Position numbers and translations under genes: made by a program
Part shown: piece after piece, positions 27,918-39,996 of the stretch
Layout: each line of letters starts with the position of its first letter
Numbering within the stretch: the stretch's first letter is position 1
The notes under the pieces: generated by a model
Databases searched by the model: none
Told to the model about the DNA's origin: nothing
What the model saw: the letters and a program-made list of their open reading frames with translations, nothing else
Assembly: GCA_963814995.1 (NCBI GenBank)
Contig: CAWFFF010000001.1
Coordinates: 21,354-85,353 of the forward strand
DNA: 64,000 nucleotides
DNA from: an uncultured Actinomycetes bacterium
GTDB taxonomy: Bacteria > Actinomycetota > Acidimicrobiia > IMCC26256 > PALSA-610
Direction of reading: 5' to 3'

Positions 27918-28622
27918 ATGCTGCTGCTGCACGAGGTTCATACCGTTGTCGGGCGCCACGAGGACGAGTTCGAAGAGGCGTTCCGCAAGGGTTGGATGAG
28001 CGCCCTCGGCCGCGACAACGACGCCCGGCTCCTCTACTACCTGAAGCTCGCGCACGGCACCGGTCGCGCGTACCACCACACCTCGATCACCGCGTTCGCG
28101 AGCGGCGACACGTACGAGCGCGTCGCCCGCCGTATCCAGCGCGGCGACCTGCGCAGCTGGGCCGCGGACATCGACGGCATGCGCCACGAAGTGAAAGGCA
28201 AGATGTTGTTGCCGGTCGAGTGGTCACCGATGGGCGACCTCGACCTCGCATCGGTTCCCGCCGACGGCCCAGAGCACGAACCCGCCCTCTACATGGAGGA
28301 CAGCGCGTGGCCGTACGAAGCCAAGCTCGACACGTACCTCGAGCAGGCGCGCACCCACTACGCGCCGAGCCTCGAGCAACGTTCCGAGCGGTCGCTGCTC
28401 ACACTGCTCGCCGTGTTCCAGGCCGCACTGGGCGCACCTCGTCGCCGTGAGGTGATCCTGTGGCAGCGCGTCGACTTCCCGGAGCGACTGCCCGGCCTCT
28501 TCACGCGCGAGTTGCCCGGCCACGTAAAGGGCCCGGGCACGTGGATGCACGACGCGCTCGACGTGCGCGACGACTGGGAGAGCCGCCTGCTCCGCAGCAC
28601 ATCGTGGTCGCCGCTGGGCTAG
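27918..28622 (+). CDS. NIPSNAP-like dimeric alpha/beta-barrel protein
   Basis: LLHEVHTVVG...ARLLYY...HGTG; WESRLLR...WSPL terminus. Confidence 0.6.
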   Translation: MLLLHEVHTVVGRHEDEFEEAFRKGWMSALGRDNDARLLYYLKLAHGTGRAYHHTSITAFASGDTYERVARRIQRGDLRSWAADIDGMRHEVKGKMLLPVEWSPMGDLDLASVPADGPEHEPALYMEDSAWPYEAKLDTYLEQARTHYAPSLEQRSERSLLTLLAVFQAALGAPRRREVILWQRVDFPERLPGLFTRELPGHVKGPGTWMHDALDVRDDWESRLLRSTSWSPLG

Positions 28623-28837
28623 TGACCTGAGTCGGTATGTCGCGTGAGCGTCAGACCCGCGGACAGCGACCGCGGCCGCGCCGAACACGGGAGCAGCAAC
28701 TCCGACCCGACGCGATGCGTGGTTCGGACCCACGCGTGGGGCGTGACGCCCTGCGCCATTGCGACGGGCGCGGAAACGTCGGGTCGATAGCTGACCGCCA
28801 GCATGACGCCGGTTGCGACGAGCACGAACACGAGCAC
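28619..28837 (-). CDS. Small membrane protein resembling the cytochrome b N-terminus; possibly a fragment
   Basis: LVATGVMLAVSYRP...WVRTTHR resembles the cytochrome b TG.L...Y.P...R..H segment. Confidence 0.35.
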   Translation of the reverse strand: MLVFVLVATGVMLAVSYRPDVSAPVAMAQGVTPHAWVRTTHRVGSELLLPCSARPRSLSAGLTLTRHTDSGH

Positions 28838-28864
28838 GCACGCGCCGCGCGCAGGTGTTCGCGG

Positions 28865-29728
28865 TTACGAGAACTTGGTCGGGTACGGCGCGTCGGAGGC
28901 GGTGCCGCCGAGCTTGCCGCCCAGGTTGTCGCACTCGCCGCTGAAGACGCCCCAGTTGCACTTGAGGATGGGCGCGACCCACGCGTGCACCATCCACACG
29001 TCGGTCAGGAGGGTCTTCGTCCCGCCCTGCGCCGCGCACTCCTGGCGTGTCGACTCCTCACCGGCGACCACGACGCCGCCCTTGAGGCACAGCCCGCCGT
29101 TGGCGTTGTGCTGGTGCCAGCGGTCGTTGGCACCCGCGAACCCGGGCGGCGGACCGTCCTTGTGCCAGACCAGGTAGCTGAGGCCGACGATCTTGGAGTC
29201 GAGGCTCGTGCCCGCGAAGAGCAGCTCGGACGGGTTGGCCGGATCGAAGTGCGACGCGTACGCGATGTTCGTGTAGTGCGCGCCGATGCACGGCACGTAC
29301 ACCGTCGACATCGAGTAGCCCGCGGCGAGCGCCTGCTTCACCGTGGGGTACTTCGCGACGACCGACCGGGCCGCCGCGAGCTGCGTGGCGAGCTGCGCCT
29401 TCTCGGCCGTGGTGAGCGGGACCTGCGGGACCTTGCCGCGCTCGCCGTGCTCCTCGGCGATGACCGACGCCTTGTTCGCGACCGACGCGCTCCCGCCCCC
29501 GCCCGCGCCGACCTCACCCGGTGACGACGGCGTGGGCGCGGCTTCCTCGCACGGCGACTTCGCGGCGGCGGTCTGCACCTTCCTCGCGGTCGTCGGCGCG
29601 GTCTTGGCGGCGGTGGTCGGCGAGCTGTCCGACGACTTCGAGCTCGAACCGCACCCCGCGAGCGCCAGCGCGATGGTGAGCAGACCCGCACCGACAGCGA
29701 GATTCGAGACAGCGAATCGAGACTTCAT
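28865..29728 (-). CDS. Lipoprotein of unknown function with His/Cys motifs
   Basis: Lipobox LAGC; CIGAHY, WHQH...LC, WMVHAWV; GGGGGAG RBS. Confidence 0.8.
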   Translation of the reverse strand: MKSRFAVSNLAVGAGLLTIALALAGCGSSSKSSDSSPTTAAKTAPTTARKVQTAAAKSPCEEAAPTPSSPGEVGAGGGGSASVANKASVIAEEHGERGKVPQVPLTTAEKAQLATQLAAARSVVAKYPTVKQALAAGYSMSTVYVPCIGAHYTNIAYASHFDPANPSELLFAGTSLDSKIVGLSYLVWHKDGPPPGFAGANDRWHQHNANGGLCLKGGVVVAGEESTRQECAAQGGTKTLLTDVWMVHAWVAPILKCNWGVFSGECDNLGGKLGGTASDAPYPTKFS

Positions 29729-29809
29729 GAGCTCCCCCCGGGGCGCGGTTCGCGTCATGGTACGACCTTTTTGCCTACCCGGTGCAAGAAGCCGGCGACA
29801 GGCTCCGGC

Positions 29810-30073
29810 TCAGTCGCGGACGGCGAGGCCGGTGTCGGCGAGGAGCACCCTGCGGGGGCCGGCCGGGAACAACTCGGGTTCACCGGGACGGGGCCACGAC
29901 CGCAGCCGGCGCCACCGGACCCGGGCCGCGACCACGGCCCGGGCGGCGAGGATCACGACACCCGCCGCGGCGATGGCCATCGCCGTGTGGGTGACCCGGC
30001 CGTCGACGAGGTGCACGGCACCCCCGACGATCGACGCCGAGAACACCATGACGAACAACGTCCGCAGCCGCAT
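29810..30073 (-). CDS. Small hypothetical membrane protein
   Basis: Two hydrophobic segments; GGAGG upstream of ATG. Confidence 0.5.
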   Translation of the reverse strand: MRLRTLFVMVFSASIVGGAVHLVDGRVTHTAMAIAAAGVVILAARAVVAARVRWRRLRSWPRPGEPELFPAGPRRVLLADTGLAVRD

Positions 30074-30132
30074 CGGTCCCTCCACTGTCGGTCCGCTTCA
30101 CATCGGACGGACGCGAGTCGACCTGAGTCGGG

Positions 30133-31301
30133 CTAGCCGCCGGCGGGTGCGCAGTTCGCGGCGCGGCTCGCAATCGCGGTGGTGCGGCGGCCCTCCCGGA
30201 GCACGTTCTGCTCGAGCCCGTTCGTGAGGTAACAGAACGACAGCCCGCGGGCGGGATCGGCCCACGCGATCTGCCCGCCCGCGCCGTTGTGCCCGAACGC
30301 GCGCGGCGACACGGTTCGGCCCATGCCTCGCAACGACGAGCGGCCGTCGTCGCCCGCGATCAGGAGCCCGAGCGAACGATTCGCGGGAGTACCCATGTAG
30401 TCGGGGAGATGATTGCGCACGTTGGCGGTCACGTCCGCGAGCACCTCGGGCTTCCAGATCCCGGTCGGGTCGTGCAACAACGCCTGGTAGTAGAGCGCGA
30501 GGTCGGCCGCGTTCGTGACGCCACCGCCACCCGGGACCCCGACCGCGCGCACCTCGGGCCGGTTGAAGGTCATGAGCGCGTCGGCCGTGACCTCGGTCAG
30601 CGGGAGCTCTCGGATGCCGATCGCGGCCTCCAACTCGTCGGGCGGCGCCACGTCGCCCACGACGACGAGATCGTTGATGTCGCCCTGTTGTTCGACGGGC
30701 ACGCCGACCTGCAGTCCCGTGAGGCCCAGCGGGTCGAGAATCTCCCGGCGGATGAACGTGCGGAAGTCGGTGCCGGTGCAACGCTCGATGATCTCGGCGA
30801 GCACCCAGTGCGCGGTGGTCGGGTGGTACTCGTCAGCGCGTTCCCGGTTCCCAGTTGGTGCGCCAGCTCGAGAAGCGCGCGAGGCGGCGCTCGCGGTCGT
30901 CCCAGTCGAGCGGACCGAACGGTGCGCGCGGGAAGCCCGACGTGTGGAGCATCACCTGCGAGACGGTGATGACGTCTTTGCCATTCGTCCCGAACTCGGG
31001 GATGATCGTCGCGACCGGGACCGTGACGTCGAGCAGTCCCTCGCCCATGAGGATCCACACCGCGCCCACGACCACGGCCTTGGTGGCCGAGAACATCACG
31101 TCAGCGCGAGTCCGGTGGCGCGCCGAACGCGCGCGTCGCCGCGACCTTGCCGTCGCGCGCGAGCGCGAGCTGGCACGACGGCAGCAACCCGCCGTCGACC
31201 TCCTTTCGCACCCGTTCGAACAACGCATCGAGCGCTTCCGGGTCGATGCCCAGCGCCCCCGGATCGGCAACCGGACTGCGGTCGAACGGCACGCTCGTCA
31301 T
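30133..31301 (-). CDS. Serine hydrolase (beta-lactamase/esterase family); apparent frameshifts near 31115 and 30835
   Basis: FSATK (SxxK), LHTSGFP, EYH, PGGGG, FGHNGAGGQIAWADP spread over three frames. Confidence 0.85.
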
Positions 31302-31408
31302 AGTGCCGGGTGATCGTACGGCCGCTGCGCCCGGCCCACAACGAGGCGTCCACGCCCGGCGCCGCCGGGGGTTTGCCCCCGGGAGGGACGCGGGCGGAGA
31401 CTGCCCAC

Positions 31409-32617
31409 ATGGACTTCAACGACACCCCCGAGGAAGCCGCGTGGCGCCAAGAGTTCCGGGCCTGGCTCGAGGAGCACGCGCCGAAGGTCACCGGCGAGGT
31501 GCCCGAGCACGAGTCGGAGCTCGAGATCGCGGGGGGCGACTACCTCGAGCCGCGCGAAGCGCTGGCAGGCGATGAAGTTCGACGCCGGACTGGCCCGCGT
31601 CACGTGGGAGCCGGAGTTCGGCGGCCGCAACGGCACGTCGGTGGAGTCGATCGTCTTCAGCCAGGAGGAGGGCAAGTACCCCGTCCCGAACGTGCCCTTC
31701 ATCATCGGGCTCGGGATGATCGCGCCGACCCTGCGCGCGGTGCGGGACCGAGGCCCAGAAGGCGCGCTACCTCACCAAGCTCCTACGGGGCGAGGAGATC
31801 TGGTCGCAGCTGTTCAGCGAACCGGGCGCGGGCTCCGACGTCGCGTCGCTGTCGACCACCGCGACGCGTGACGGCGACGAGTGGGTGATCAACGGGCAGA
31901 AGGTGTGGACGTCGGGCGCGCAGTACTCCGACTACGGCGAGATCGTGTGCCGTACGAACCCCGACGCCGAGAAGCACAAGGGCATCACCGCGTTCATCGT
32001 CGACATGCGCGCGCCGGGCGTCACGATCAAGCCGTTGAAGCAGATGAACGGCGGCTCCGGTTTCAACGAGGTGTTCTTCGACGACGTGCGCGTGCCGCAC
32101 GAGAACGTGCTCGGCGACGTGAACGAAGGTTGGACGGTCGCGATCACGACGCTCATGAACGAACGGGTCGCGATCGGTTCGGGTGGCGGCGGCGGCGGGC
32201 GGGGCGGCGTGCACAGCCTCATCGAGCTGGCGCAGCAGCCGCGGCGTGAGCACCGACCCGGGCGTGCGCCAGCAGCTGGCCGATCTCTACACGAAGAGCC
32301 GCATCCAGAAGTTCCTGTCGATGCGCACGCTGACGGCCGCGACGAAGGGAAAGATGCCCGGACCGGAGGGCTCGATCGGCAAGCTCCTCGGCGGACGCAT
32401 GATGACCGAGATGGGCGAGCTCACGATGGCGATCGCGGGACCGAGCGGCATCGCGGGCGAGCTGCACTACTCGCAGGCGCTGCTCGGCGCGCCCGCCGCG
32501 CACATCGCGGGCGGCTCCGACGAGGTGATGAAGAACATCATCGGCGAACGCGTCCTCGGGCTGCCGGGCGAGCCGCGCCCCGACAAGGGCGTCGCCTGGC
32601 GCGACGTGCCCCGCTAG
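31409..32617 (+). CDS. Acyl-CoA dehydrogenase; several apparent frameshifts
   Basis: MDFNDTPEEAAWRQEFRAWL, QLFSEPGAGSD, INGQKVWTSGA, FNEVFFDDV, IAGGSDEVMKNIIGERVLGLP. Confidence 0.88.
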
Positions 32618-32791
32618 CGCGTCGACCGTCCGCACTCCGCGAAGAAAGCGGGCGAACGCTCAAGATTCGGCGGCCATTGTGCCGTTACCGAAGTGTCAGT
32701 CACGAGCACACGTTGAGGGACCTACCGCGACGTGCACCGGCCTTGGTGCACGCGAATGCCATCGCCGGGATGGCCGGAAAGGTTTGTCGAC

Positions 32792-33269
32792 ATGCGTGCA
32801 GTGCTTCGAAGCGGAATCCGGCGCCGGGTCGCCACCATCGGTGTGGTCGCGATGACCGGTGCCACCGTCGTCGCGGTGGGGATCGGCACCGCCTCGGCCG
32901 CGGGTGCGGCCAACCGTCATCATCCCGACCCGCATCATGTCGTCGCGCACCTGCCGGTGTGCCCCACGCCCCGGCACCACGACCGCCGCTTCCACCACCA
33001 CCAGCCCGCGGTCATGCACCCCTGCCGCCCGTCGACCACCACGACCGTCAAGCCGCGCACGACCTCCACGGTGAAGCCGACGACCACGACCGTGAAGCCG
33101 ACGACGACAACCACCGCGCCTCCGGCCACCACCACGGTCCCGATCACCACGACGACGGCCGCACCACCCGACCACCACGACTGCGCCGCCGACCACGACG
33201 ACGACGGCGCCCGCGAATCAGCCCTGCCCCGGCGTCATCATCAACGGGTCCTGCATCGTCTTGATCTAG
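32792..33269 (+). CDS. Secreted His/Thr/Pro-rich hypothetical protein; probable frameshift near 33170
   Basis: Signal peptide ending ASA; TTTTVKP repeats; alternative frame ends PCPGVIINGSCIVLI*. Confidence 0.55.
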
Positions 33270-33290
33270 GCGTGTGTTCGGCCCGGCAGG

Positions 33291-34642
33291 TCAGGGTTTG
33301 GCGAACGTGTGCAGCTGCCGGCCCGCGGCATAGATGAAGCCGTTCGCGACCGCTACTGCTGACAGGAGCAGACCGCTGTCGGACGGCCGCGCGGTCCACA
33401 ACGGGTCACAGACCTTCGGCGTCCCCGAACAGCGCGTCGCAGGCGCGCTCGCGTCGAGGGCCCAGATGTCGCCGACGCCCGAGAAGATGACGACCGCGAG
33501 CACGACATAGACGACGCCGTTGACCACCGAGATCGGTGTCCTGCCGAACAACGAAGGTGTGTTCGATATCCACAGAGGTTGGCAGGTGCGCGGAGAACCG
33601 GAGCAATTCGTGACGCCCGCGGCGTCGAACGCGTTCACCCGTCCGCTCACGCTACCGTCCGTGTCCGAACCGATGTAGACGACACCGTTAGCGACTGCGG
33701 GCGACGAGTCCGTACCGGCAGGCACCGCGCCCGTCCACAACGGCGCGCACGTCTTGGGCGTGCCGGCGCAACCCGTCGTGCCCGCCGCGTCGAACGCGTA
33801 CAGCTTGCTGTCCTCGGAGCCGACGAAGACCCGGCCACCGGCAACCGACGGCGACGAGCGGACCAGGTTTCCCGTCGGGCCCGTCCACAGCGGCAGGCAC
33901 TGGCGCTTCACCGCGTCGCAGCCCTGCCCCCCGGCTGCGTTGAACGCGTAGAGGTGTGGTCGTCGGAGCCGAAGTACAGCGTGTCGTTCGCGAGGGCAGG
34001 TGACGAGAGGACGGTTGACGAGGTGCGGTACTCGAACGTGTAGGCGCAGCTGCCGGAGCAGCTCGTGTTGCCGACCGCATCGAACTCGAAGACGCTGTGG
34101 TTCGCCGCGACGAACACATGGCCGTTCACGACGACGGGCGAGGTCTTGATAGCCCCGATCGGCGCGCTGGACCAGATGGGGAAGCAGACTTTGGGCGTAC
34201 CGAAACAGTCGATGCTCCCCGCCGCGTCGAACGCTTCGACGACACCGGATTCCGTGCCCACGTAGACGACGCCACCCACGACTGCCGGCGTGGAGGTGAT
34301 TGCCTGCGTCGTCGCACCGGTCGACCAGAGGGGCAGGCACGTCTTCGGCGCGGAGCCGCTGCAGTTCGTGCTGCCGTTCGCCGAGAACGCCATCACCTGC
34401 CCGTCCGAGGTCCCGACGTAGACGGTCCCGTTCGCGACGACGGGGGACGACGTGATGCTTTCTTGCGCGAAGGCTCCGAGGTTTGCACGCCACGCCTCGG
34501 ATGGTCCGTTCGCGACGTCGCCGACACTGATCGACGTGTCCGCCGATGCACCTGTGTGCGCCGCGTTCTGCATGAACATCGGCCAGTCGCATCCACTCAG
34601 AACGAGAGCGAACGCGAGGCACGCAACCCAACGACCCCGCAT
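33291..34642 (-). CDS. PQQ-like (BamB-type) beta-propeller repeat lipoprotein; frameshift near 33955
   Basis: Lipobox LSGC; repeated SSPxVxxGxVYVG...AFDAAG...C.G.PK.C.PLW units. Confidence 0.85.
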
Positions 34643-34740
34643 CCCGCCACCTCCTCCGCGGCCGCGGCCGCGATCCTGGTGCCACCTCTCGTGGCTGTCA
34701 AGCAGCAGCGAGCATCGCCGGCCGAACCGCTTCCTCGCCG

Positions 34741-36838
34741 TCAGGCGGGCGGGGGCACCTCGGACTCGGGCCCGACCGACCCGTCGACGGCGCGGTCGAC
34801 GGGCTCCGTGTCGGGCCCGTCGCCGGCGGTGTCCCCCGCCGTCCCGCCGTTGCGCCGACCGTTGACCCCGCGACCGTTCCCGTTGCCGCCGGTACCGAGT
34901 GTGCGCATCAGCGTGGCCGCGAGTCCTTCGATGGCGCCGCCGCCGCCCGCGACCAGTACCTCGGGCACGACGGTGATGTGCCCTTCGGCGACCGCGTTCG
35001 CAACCGCGACGAGCGCGGTCGCGCTCTGACCGAGCGCCTCGGTCTGGGCCTGGAAGCCGGCCGCGCGCGCGAGCCCCAGTGCCTCGGTCGCCTTGGCCTC
35101 GGCCAGACCGATGGCCTGCGTCTTCGACGCCTCCGCCTCACCGGTGAGCCGCACGAACGCGGACTCACCCCGCGCCTGCGCCTCGCGCGCTTGGGCCTCG
35201 TTGTTGCGGATGTCGATCCCGACCGCCGATTGCGCGAGCTGGGCCTGCATGTCGGCGGTGCCCTTCGCCTTCTCCCGCTCGACGCGCGCGATCTCGGCAC
35301 GTTCCTCTTCCGCGTAGGTGGTCTTCTCCTGGTTCGCGATCTCCCGCTTGGTCAGCACCTCGACGAGCTCGCCGGGGAACTCGACGTCTTGGATGTAGAC
35401 GCCGCGCGTCTCGACGTCGTAGGCCGCGAGGTACGTGCGGATCGCGTCGAGCGCGCTCGCCTGCACCTGCGGGCGCGTCTCGATGAACCGGACCGCCTCC
35501 AGGGTCTGGATCGTGTTGCGGAAGTGGTTGCCGACCGCGGCCTGCAGCACCTCGTTGACGAGGTTCTGCATCGTGCCGACCATCGAGATGACCTTCGGGC
35601 GCATGCGTGTCGGGCACGTGGATCTGCACCTGCAGGTCGATCTTGAAGACGAATCCCTCGCGGCTCTTGGCCTCGATCGGCGAGAGGTGCGCGTCGAGGT
35701 TGTGCGCGGTCGACACCGCCTCGGCCCAGTTGAGCGTCAGGATCGACGTGGGCACGATCTCCGCCGCGTACACGCGCGGATTGATCGGGTACTTGCCCGT
35801 GCGCAACGGCTCGCTCCAGATGCCGCGGTGGCCGGGATGCACGATCGATCCGAACTTGAACTCCACGCCCGACGTGTCGAGCGTCGGCAGGCCGACGTAG
35901 GCCTTGATGACCGCGACCTCACCCTGGTTCACGATGAGCATCGGGACCATCTCGACGCGCGTGAGGAACGGGTTCAGCAGGTACGCGCCGTAGAGCAGCG
36001 GGTCGTGCTGCAGACCGATGTGGCCGCCCGCATCCAGGAACTTCTGGAAGTCCTGGTAGTTGTTGTGCAGGTCGTTCTTCGAGCCCATCAACACCTCGAT
36101 GACCTCGGAGTCCTGCAACGCCTCGGTGGCCTGTTCCATCGCGCGCGATGTCGTCGTAGCCGCCGAGCCGGCTGGCGATGTCGCCCGACGGGAGGGGCGG
36201 GCCCTCGAGTGTGGTGACGATGCCGATCATGTCCTGCGGACCGACGCGGCGCGATGACGACGACTTGCAGTTGCTCGGGCGTGAGGCCGAACGACTCCGG
36301 GCGCAACAACCCGCCCGTCGCCTTGGCGCGCTCCGACACCTCCGGCGACACGGGAAGGCCGTAGACCTTGCGCGACGTGACGACGAGGAACGCGACGGGA
36401 TGGATCGGCAACAACGTGCCGGGCGTCGAGCACGGGACGCTGCACACCCTTTTGCCCGCCGCCGGCGATGAACCTCTCGAGCGACGAGAAGTTCCCGAAT
36501 TCGGCTTTGTACTCGGCGCTCTTCGCCCCGATCGGCAGCGGTGCGCCGACCTGCGCGATGACCACGCCGATCTCGCCCGCCGGAACCTGCACCCACGGGT
36601 ACTTCTTCACGCCGAAGACCGGCCAGAGCTTGAACCGCAGGCCCGGCGTGAGCAGCTCGGCCTGGAAGCCGGCCTCGCCGCGCAACGCGATCGGGTTGTC
36701 GTTCGGCAGCTTCTTGAACGAGAAGCGCTTCTGGACGAGGCCCACCTCGGTGGGGCCGATCGTGTGGAACGACTGCAGCGCGATCAACAGCGCGAGCGCG
36801 ACGACCACGACGACCAGGACGACAATGGCGACGGACAC
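34741..36838 (-). CDS. SPFH/flotillin-domain membrane protein; several apparent frameshifts
   Basis: N-terminal TM; IGPTEVGLV, GQKGVQR, SREGFVFKIDL, C-terminal AEA coiled-coil repeats, ITVVPEVLV. Confidence 0.85.
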
Positions 36839-36997
36839 TTCGTTGCCTCCTCCGACCACCTACGTCGCCCCGACCGGTTGGCCGTGGAGTGCAGGAGTCC
36901 GACCTCGAGCGGTCGAACTCATTATGGACTCGCGCGGCGGAACGGGTGCGCCCGAACGCGGGTAGCCGGTGAGTTTCCGACCGATCGGGTCAGCTGA

Positions 36998-37558
36998 TCA
37001 GGCGCCGGTCCAGCAGGACATGATCGTCTCCGCGACGTTGATCGCGACGTCGCTGCGCGGCGCGGCCGGGACGCCGAACTGCGCGGGCAGCTTGGTGACG
37101 TCGACGAGCAGGACCTTGTAGTCCTTGCGCACGACCATGGAGCCGTCCTTCACCGAGAAGGCGCCCTGACTGATCTCGTAGTCCTTGATCTTGTGGAGCT
37201 TCGTCGCGAGCGAGTCGAAGTAGGCGGTCGTCTCGTCTGTGGACGACAGCTCTTTGACCGACAACGTCATCACCGCGCCGGCCGGATACACGTAGTTGCA
37301 CGAGTACACGTGGTCGATCCACTTCGGTGCGAACGGTGCGATCGTCTTGACGCCGGTGGCGCTCTCGTAGATGTCGGTCTGCGCTTCCTTCTCGCAGATC
37401 ATCTTCGCCGAATCCGACGGCACGTTCGACGCGACGTTGGCGACGTGGATGGTCGTGGTCGGAGAGTCGGCCTTGGGCGAGGAGCTGCTGCTGCCACCGC
37501 AGGCGGCGAGGGTCAGGACGGCGGCGGCGGAGACCAGGACGAGCACACGGGTACGCAC
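36998..37558 (-). CDS. Hypothetical lipoprotein
   Basis: Lipobox LAAC, Ser-rich linker, globular domain with 3 Cys. Confidence 0.75.
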   Translation of the reverse strand: MRTRVLVLVSAAAVLTLAACGGSSSSSPKADSPTTTIHVANVASNVPSDSAKMICEKEAQTDIYESATGVKTIAPFAPKWIDHVYSCNYVYPAGAVMTLSVKELSSTDETTAYFDSLATKLHKIKDYEISQGAFSVKDGSMVVRKDYKVLLVDVTKLPAQFGVPAAPRSDVAINVAETIMSCWTGA

Positions 37559-37643
37559 GACGCCGAGCGTACCGAGTCGCAGGGGGCGGGCGGCAGTCGG
37601 ACGGGCCCGCGACTCCCGGCCGTCGGGGTGCGCCCCCGATAGC

Positions 37644-38345
37644 GTGCGCAGCGTGCGCCGGTCGGTGGTCCTCGCGGTCGCGACGGTCCTGGCGACCGGC
37701 GGCGTCCTCGGCCTGGGCCTGCCGCCCGCCGCCGCCCACGTCTGCGCCCGGCCCGACGAGATCCCGGTCGCCCGGGCCGCGACGATCGACGTCGGGGTCA
37801 CCGTCGAGGACGCCACGGTCCCCGACGTGGAGATCCGCGTGCCGAGCGGTCTGCGGCTGGACCGGGTCGACCCCGTCCCGGGCTGGACCTTCACGAGGTC
37901 CGGATCGACGGTGCGATTTCGCGGCGGGCCCTTCCTGCCGTTCACGTGCGAGTTCTTCTCGCTCGGTGTCACGGCGCCGGTCGCCGGGGCGTTCGGCATC
38001 ACGGTGATCCAGCGGAACGCGGCGGGAGCGGTCGTCGCCCGCGCCGTTCCCGACCCGAACAGCCCGACCGACCGCGTGCTCGACCAGTTCGTCTACGCGG
38101 GGGTGAAGCCGCCGCCGGTGCCCGGCACGTCGAGCGGGCCGTCGGTCGTCGTGATCGGCGGCATCGTCCTCGTCGGGCTGGGCGTGGTCATGGGCGTCGT
38201 CGCGATGATCCGTGGCCGGCGCGGGCCGGGCGACGACGAGAGCGACGAAGGTGGCGAGGGTGACGACGAGTCACTCGATCCCGAGTTGCAGGCGCGCCTC
38301 GAGCGGTTCAAGAAGAAGAAGCCGGATCCCCGACCGCCGGAGTAG
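37644..38345 (+). CDS. YcnI-like (DUF1775) copper-binding membrane protein
   Basis: Signal peptide AAA|HV, VEIRVP...PVPGWT, C-terminal TM; next to CopC/CopD. Confidence 0.6.
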   Translation: MRSVRRSVVLAVATVLATGGVLGLGLPPAAAHVCARPDEIPVARAATIDVGVTVEDATVPDVEIRVPSGLRLDRVDPVPGWTFTRSGSTVRFRGGPFLPFTCEFFSLGVTAPVAGAFGITVIQRNAAGAVVARAVPDPNSPTDRVLDQFVYAGVKPPPVPGTSSGPSVVVIGGIVLVGLGVVMGVVAMIRGRRGPGDDESDEGGEGDDESLDPELQARLERFKKKKPDPRPPE

Positions 38346-38395
38346 CACGCCCGGCCTCGGGGACATAAGGCGCGACGCGCTCGAGGAGCGCGCCG

Positions 38396-39910
38396 TCACC
38401 CGTGGTCGCGATCAGCGAACGCGCGGGTCGCGTCGTCGAAGCGCAGCGTTCCCGCGAGCACACGCAGGATGACGGCGAAGGTCGCGCGCACCGATGCCGC
38501 CTCCGGCGCGACCACACCGCGCGTCGCCCGCAGCCCGTCCGGCCGCGAGACGCCCGCGCCCGGCGCGCCGTCAGGCCGATTCGTCGGACGAATCGCCGCA
38601 ACGGAACCGGGTGCGGCGTCGGGCGGCGGTGGCTCCGGGGCGAGCGCGACGGACCAGGTGAGCGGTCCGGGCCGGTCGGTCACGACGAACGCGAGCGACC
38701 CGTGGGCGAATTCGCCGGCAACGGGTTCGGCTCTCACGGCGAACTCTCCGAGCGCGGCTCCCAGCACCTCGTCGGCGTCGAGCTCCGGAAGGAGGCGGGC
38801 CAGCTCCGCGTCGGACAGCCCCGCCACCAGCATCGTCAGCCACCGGCCCCCCGCCTCCTCGCCGGCTGCCGCCGCGACGGCGCGCGAGCGGAGCATCCGG
38901 AACAGCGCGCCGACGACCAGGCCTGCCCCCAGACCGAGCGCGACGACCACCTCGGCGCGGGTCAGCCAGGCGGGCCCGGCGTCGGGGAGCTGCGACTTCC
39001 AGAGTGCGGAGAGGTCCGTCACCCCGCCGATCAACGCGATCAACAGCCCGACGAACACGACGCCGTACAACGCCTCCGCCCGGCGGCGCAGCAACGCCAC
39101 GACGGTCGGCACCGCCGCGATCCACACCGCGATCGAGACGATGCTGGCGCCGAGGAACTGGAGCGTCTTCGTGGTGTTCGCGCCCGGTCGCGGCATCTCG
39201 AACGCGATCGCGTGCGCGATGTCGGAGATCACGATCACCCCTATGAGCACCGCGAGCAGCCGCCACCACCTCGGCAGGATCACAGCCGCGACCCCGAGCG
39301 CGAACAGGACCGCGATGACGGGGATCCACGGCAGGCCGCTCGGACCGGGGACCCAGTCGAGCGACACCGCGATCGCGGCGCGTTGATCGCCACGCAGGAA
39401 CACGATGTTCTGCTGCGAGAGATGATAGAAGCGTCCCGGCGACTGGGCGACGGGGGGCGGCGGTTGCGGACTCATCCAATGGATGCGGTGGTCGTGCCAG
39501 GTCGCGCTGTGTCCCGACGAGATCTTCTTCCACTGCGGCTTCGCGCTCGGCGACGTGTCGACGCCGAGCGGCACCGAGCCGCCGAGCCGGGTGCGGTTGA
39601 TGTACGTCGCCTGCGAGTGCAGGTTCTCGAACACGCCGTCCGGACCGATGCGGAGATACGGCTCGGCCTCGTAGCCGAGGACGGTGATCTCCGTCGACGA
39701 CCGGTTGGTCAGTTGGAACTTGGCGCCGAGGTCGACGATACGGGCGCTGACACCCGGGACCGCGGGGCTGAATGCGACGATGCGGCTCCGGTAGTTCGTC
39801 GGGCGGGGACCGCCGATGGTGTGCGCGGCCGCGGGCGAGGCGCCGATGGCGACGACTGCGGTTGCGGTCGCCGCCACCGCGAGGATCCGGAGCACGACTC
39901 GTCGGTGCAC
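38396..39910 (-). CDS. Exported/membrane protein with N-terminal His, WHDHRIHW motif, several TMs and a cytoplasmic tail
   Basis: AAA|HTIGG...TNYRSRI, GYEAEPYLRI, WHDHRIHW. Confidence 0.75.
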   Translation of the reverse strand: MHRRVVLRILAVAATATAVVAIGASPAAAHTIGGPRPTNYRSRIVAFSPAVPGVSARIVDLGAKFQLTNRSSTEITVLGYEAEPYLRIGPDGVFENLHSQATYINRTRLGGSVPLGVDTSPSAKPQWKKISSGHSATWHDHRIHWMSPQPPPPVAQSPGRFYHLSQQNIVFLRGDQRAAIAVSLDWVPGPSGLPWIPVIAVLFALGVAAVILPRWWRLLAVLIGVIVISDIAHAIAFEMPRPGANTTKTLQFLGASIVSIAVWIAAVPTVVALLRRRAEALYGVVFVGLLIALIGGVTDLSALWKSQLPDAGPAWLTRAEVVVALGLGAGLVVGALFRMLRSRAVAAAAGEEAGGRWLTMLVAGLSDAELARLLPELDADEVLGAALGEFAVRAEPVAGEFAHGSLAFVVTDRPGPLTWSVALAPEPPPPDAAPGSVAAIRPTNRPDGAPGAGVSRPDGLRATRGVVAPEAASVRATFAVILRVLAGTLRFDDATRAFADRDHG

Positions 39911-39996
39911 GGCACCACGCTACGGCGCACACCCGGCGCGCCAGGGAACGGGCTGCGCAGGAGCGGCGGCGGGCCGGGCCGTAGTGTGACGCCCGC

